64,000 bases of DNA from the NCBI GenBank assembly GCA_965371245.1, contig CBDUXT010000006.1:20118-84117 (forward strand), read 5' to 3'. The notes under the pieces were generated by a model that worked only from the letters and a program-made list of their open reading frames with translations, made no database searches and was not told the DNA's origin. This DNA is from an uncultured bacterium. Its GTDB lineage: Bacteria > Planctomycetota > Phycisphaerae > UBA1845. Positions 62,433-64,000 of the stretch are shown piece by piece. A program made the translations under genes and the position numbers. Numbering within the stretch: the stretch's first letter is position 1; every line of letters starts with the position of its first letter.

Positions 62433-62737
62433 AGACCACCCAAGAACGGGGTTCGGCAGGTTCCTCGGCCACATCGGCCGTTCGCCCGACAACGAGGACG
62501 AAGTCGCCCCCATAACCGACCGATAAACAGTCGGGCCGTGCGTTGACGGCACTGCGGACGCCGCGCCCGACCGTCGGTCCGGAAAAGAAGTCGGCGCCGA
62601 CCCGTGAAACCTGAAGCCGACGCCCAGCCGTCGTCGGTTCGTGCAGCGCTCTTCGCTTTCATCCCGACCGGCGTTTTCGTATGATGAATCCCTTCGGGGG
62701 TTCATGAAGTCAGCAAACCTCGCGAGTCGAGTGACGC

Positions 62738-63361
62738 ATGCGTGTCTACGCTCTGAGATGTTTGGGGGTTCTGGCGGCTGCGGCCATGGCATGTCCTGCC
62801 GCGGCGCATGCCACCGCCGGCCTCACGTTAAGTGATGCAAGCAGCGACGAGACCGCCCCGGCGCTTCTTGATGCCCGGCTAACATTCGCCCTGTCCGGCG
62901 ATGAGCTGACCCTCACCGTTGAAAACCACACGCTCGCGCCCTTCGGCTTCGACATCAGCGCCATCTATTTCAACGCGTCACCCTCGGTGGACAGCCTTTC
63001 CTTACCGGCCTCGCCGACCGGGTGGACGCTCGAAGTCGATAAGAAAGCAGGCGGCTTCGGCACGTTCGATTTCGCACTGCTCAGCGAACGCGGCAACGAC
63101 CCCGCCGAGATCGGCCCGGGGCAGTCCTCGTCCTTTGTCCTGGATGTGTCCGCGAGCGGACCGCTGTCGGCCGAGGACTTCACCTCGTTCTTCAGTGATC
63201 CACCGCCCGCCGTCAACCTCTCGTTGGCGGCGGCCAAGTTCGTCAACGGTCCCGGCGACGACAGCGCCTTCGGCGCCGTGGTTCCCGAGCCGGCGACCCT
63301 CTTGCTCATGCTCCTCGCGGCCGCGTTCGTTGGTCTGTCCGCCTTGGAAAAGCGCCGCTAA
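62738..63361 (+). CDS. PEP-CTERM sorting-domain protein
   Basis: Signal peptide, then C-terminal VPEPATLLLMLLAAAFVGLSALEKRR (PEP motif, TM, basic tail). Confidence 0.85.
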   Translation: MRVYALRCLGVLAAAAMACPAAAHATAGLTLSDASSDETAPALLDARLTFALSGDELTLTVENHTLAPFGFDISAIYFNASPSVDSLSLPASPTGWTLEVDKKAGGFGTFDFALLSERGNDPAEIGPGQSSSFVLDVSASGPLSAEDFTSFFSDPPPAVNLSLAAAKFVNGPGDDSAFGAVVPEPATLLLMLLAAAFVGLSALEKRR

Positions 63362-63425
63362 GCGCGTCACCCAACCCAACCCGGTTTCGCGTGGGAACCA
63401 TGAGATTCATCCTAGCCTCTGTCCC

Positions 63426-63586
63426 GAGCCGCGGGCTTCAGCCCGCGCGGACGCTCGTTCGTGCAAACATCGCAAGACGCAGGCTCGGTGGCCCATGGCT
63501 TCAGCCGTGGGGGACACGAATGTGTGCGGCACATGAACGGACGTCGGATTCGCGTCCCCCACCTCTAAAGAGGCGGGCCACCCAAC
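63426..63586. repeat. Composite repeat (family 1 hairpin + family 2 palindromic pair), copy 2
   Basis: GAGCC plus hairpin GCGGGC-ttca-GCCCGC (63430-63445). Left arm GGTGGCCCATGGCTTCAGCCGTGGGGGACACGAAT (63487-63521). Right arm GGATTCGCGTCCCCCACCTCTAAAGAGGCGGGCCACCCAAC (63546-63586). Same module order as the reverse complement of 29580-29765. Confidence 0.85.
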
Positions 63587-63664
63587 GAAGGATGCACCGT
63601 TCAAGCCGAAACGACTCCATCTCTTGCTCGGAAAGACATGAGCGGCTTGGGACGCGCGATCAAC

Positions 63665-64000
63665 TCAGTCAAACACCACGGTTCGGTTCTGATTGACAAG
63701 AATCTTGTCTTCCACGTGTTGCCGAACGGCCGTGGCGAGCACGATTCGCTCGAGGTCGCGACCCTTGCGGATCATGTCGTCGATCGTGTCGCGGTGATCG
63801 ACCGGCATGGTGGACTGCGCAATGATCGGCCCTTCGTCCAGCTCGTCGGTGACGTAGTGGCTGGTCGCGCCGATGATCTTCACGCCGCGCTCAAAGGCCT
63901 GATGATAGGGCTTGGGGCCGGCGAAGGCGGGCAGGAAACTGTGATGGATGTTGATGATCCGGTCGCGGTATCGCGCGACCAATGACGGCGAAAGAATCTG
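63665..64000 (-). CDS. purU: Formyltetrahydrofolate deformylase, C-terminal part (gene continues beyond right edge)
   Basis: [47 protein letters not shown] is canonical PurU. The frame stays open to position 64000 ([11 protein letters not shown]...). Confidence 0.85.
   Translation of the reverse strand, partial: QILSPSLVARYRDRIINIHHSFLPAFAGPKPYHQAFERGVKIIGATSHYVTDELDEGPIIAQSTMPVDHRDTIDDMIRKGRDLERIVLATAVRQHVEDKILVNQNRTVVFD

Noticed and set aside
1-64000. Search for CRISPR arrays, rRNA/tRNA genes, transposases, integrases and prophage genes
   Set aside because: No regularly spaced direct repeats with unique spacers were seen. No rRNA-like or cloverleaf sequences were found. No DDE, tyrosine-recombinase or serine-recombinase motifs appeared in any credible ORF.

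Overview
High-GC (about 65% by eye) bacterial chromosomal segment. Gene content suggests Planctomycetota or a relative (inference): TIGR02999-type ECF sigma paired with a Ser/Thr kinase, large multihaem cytochrome c, PEP-CTERM protein, HAF-like repeat protein. About 55 genes are supported. The centre (20.0-39.0 kb) is one co-directional respiratory block: HEAT protein, ferredoxin-Rieske fusion, split cytochrome b, octahaem cytochrome c, blue-copper protein, aa3-type oxidase CoxB/A/C/IV, haem A/O synthases, ABC pair, SCO1 and DUF420. Housekeeping genes include purL (with PurS-like N-terminus), purQ, purU, truD, waaA, rplM-rpsI, catalase and egtB. Three visibly more AT-rich accessory islets interrupt this. 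(1) 15.9-18.0 kb: a C-protein-controlled type II R-M system with a Dam-class methyltransferase. (2) 47.9-49.6 kb: a second R-M system with a ribbon-helix-helix regulator and convergently overlapping R and M genes. (3) 40.9-42.6 kb: a translationally coupled three-gene cassette of uncharacterised proteins (TIGR04255-like, a 154-aa protein, a 147-aa Cys/His protein). The third is my best candidate for an undescribed defence or toxin-antitoxin-like system. A family of hairpin-rich REP/MITE-like repeats occupies at least seven intergenic sites. No tRNA, rRNA, CRISPR array, transposase or integrase was found. All family names come from motif recognition by eye; no database search was run.
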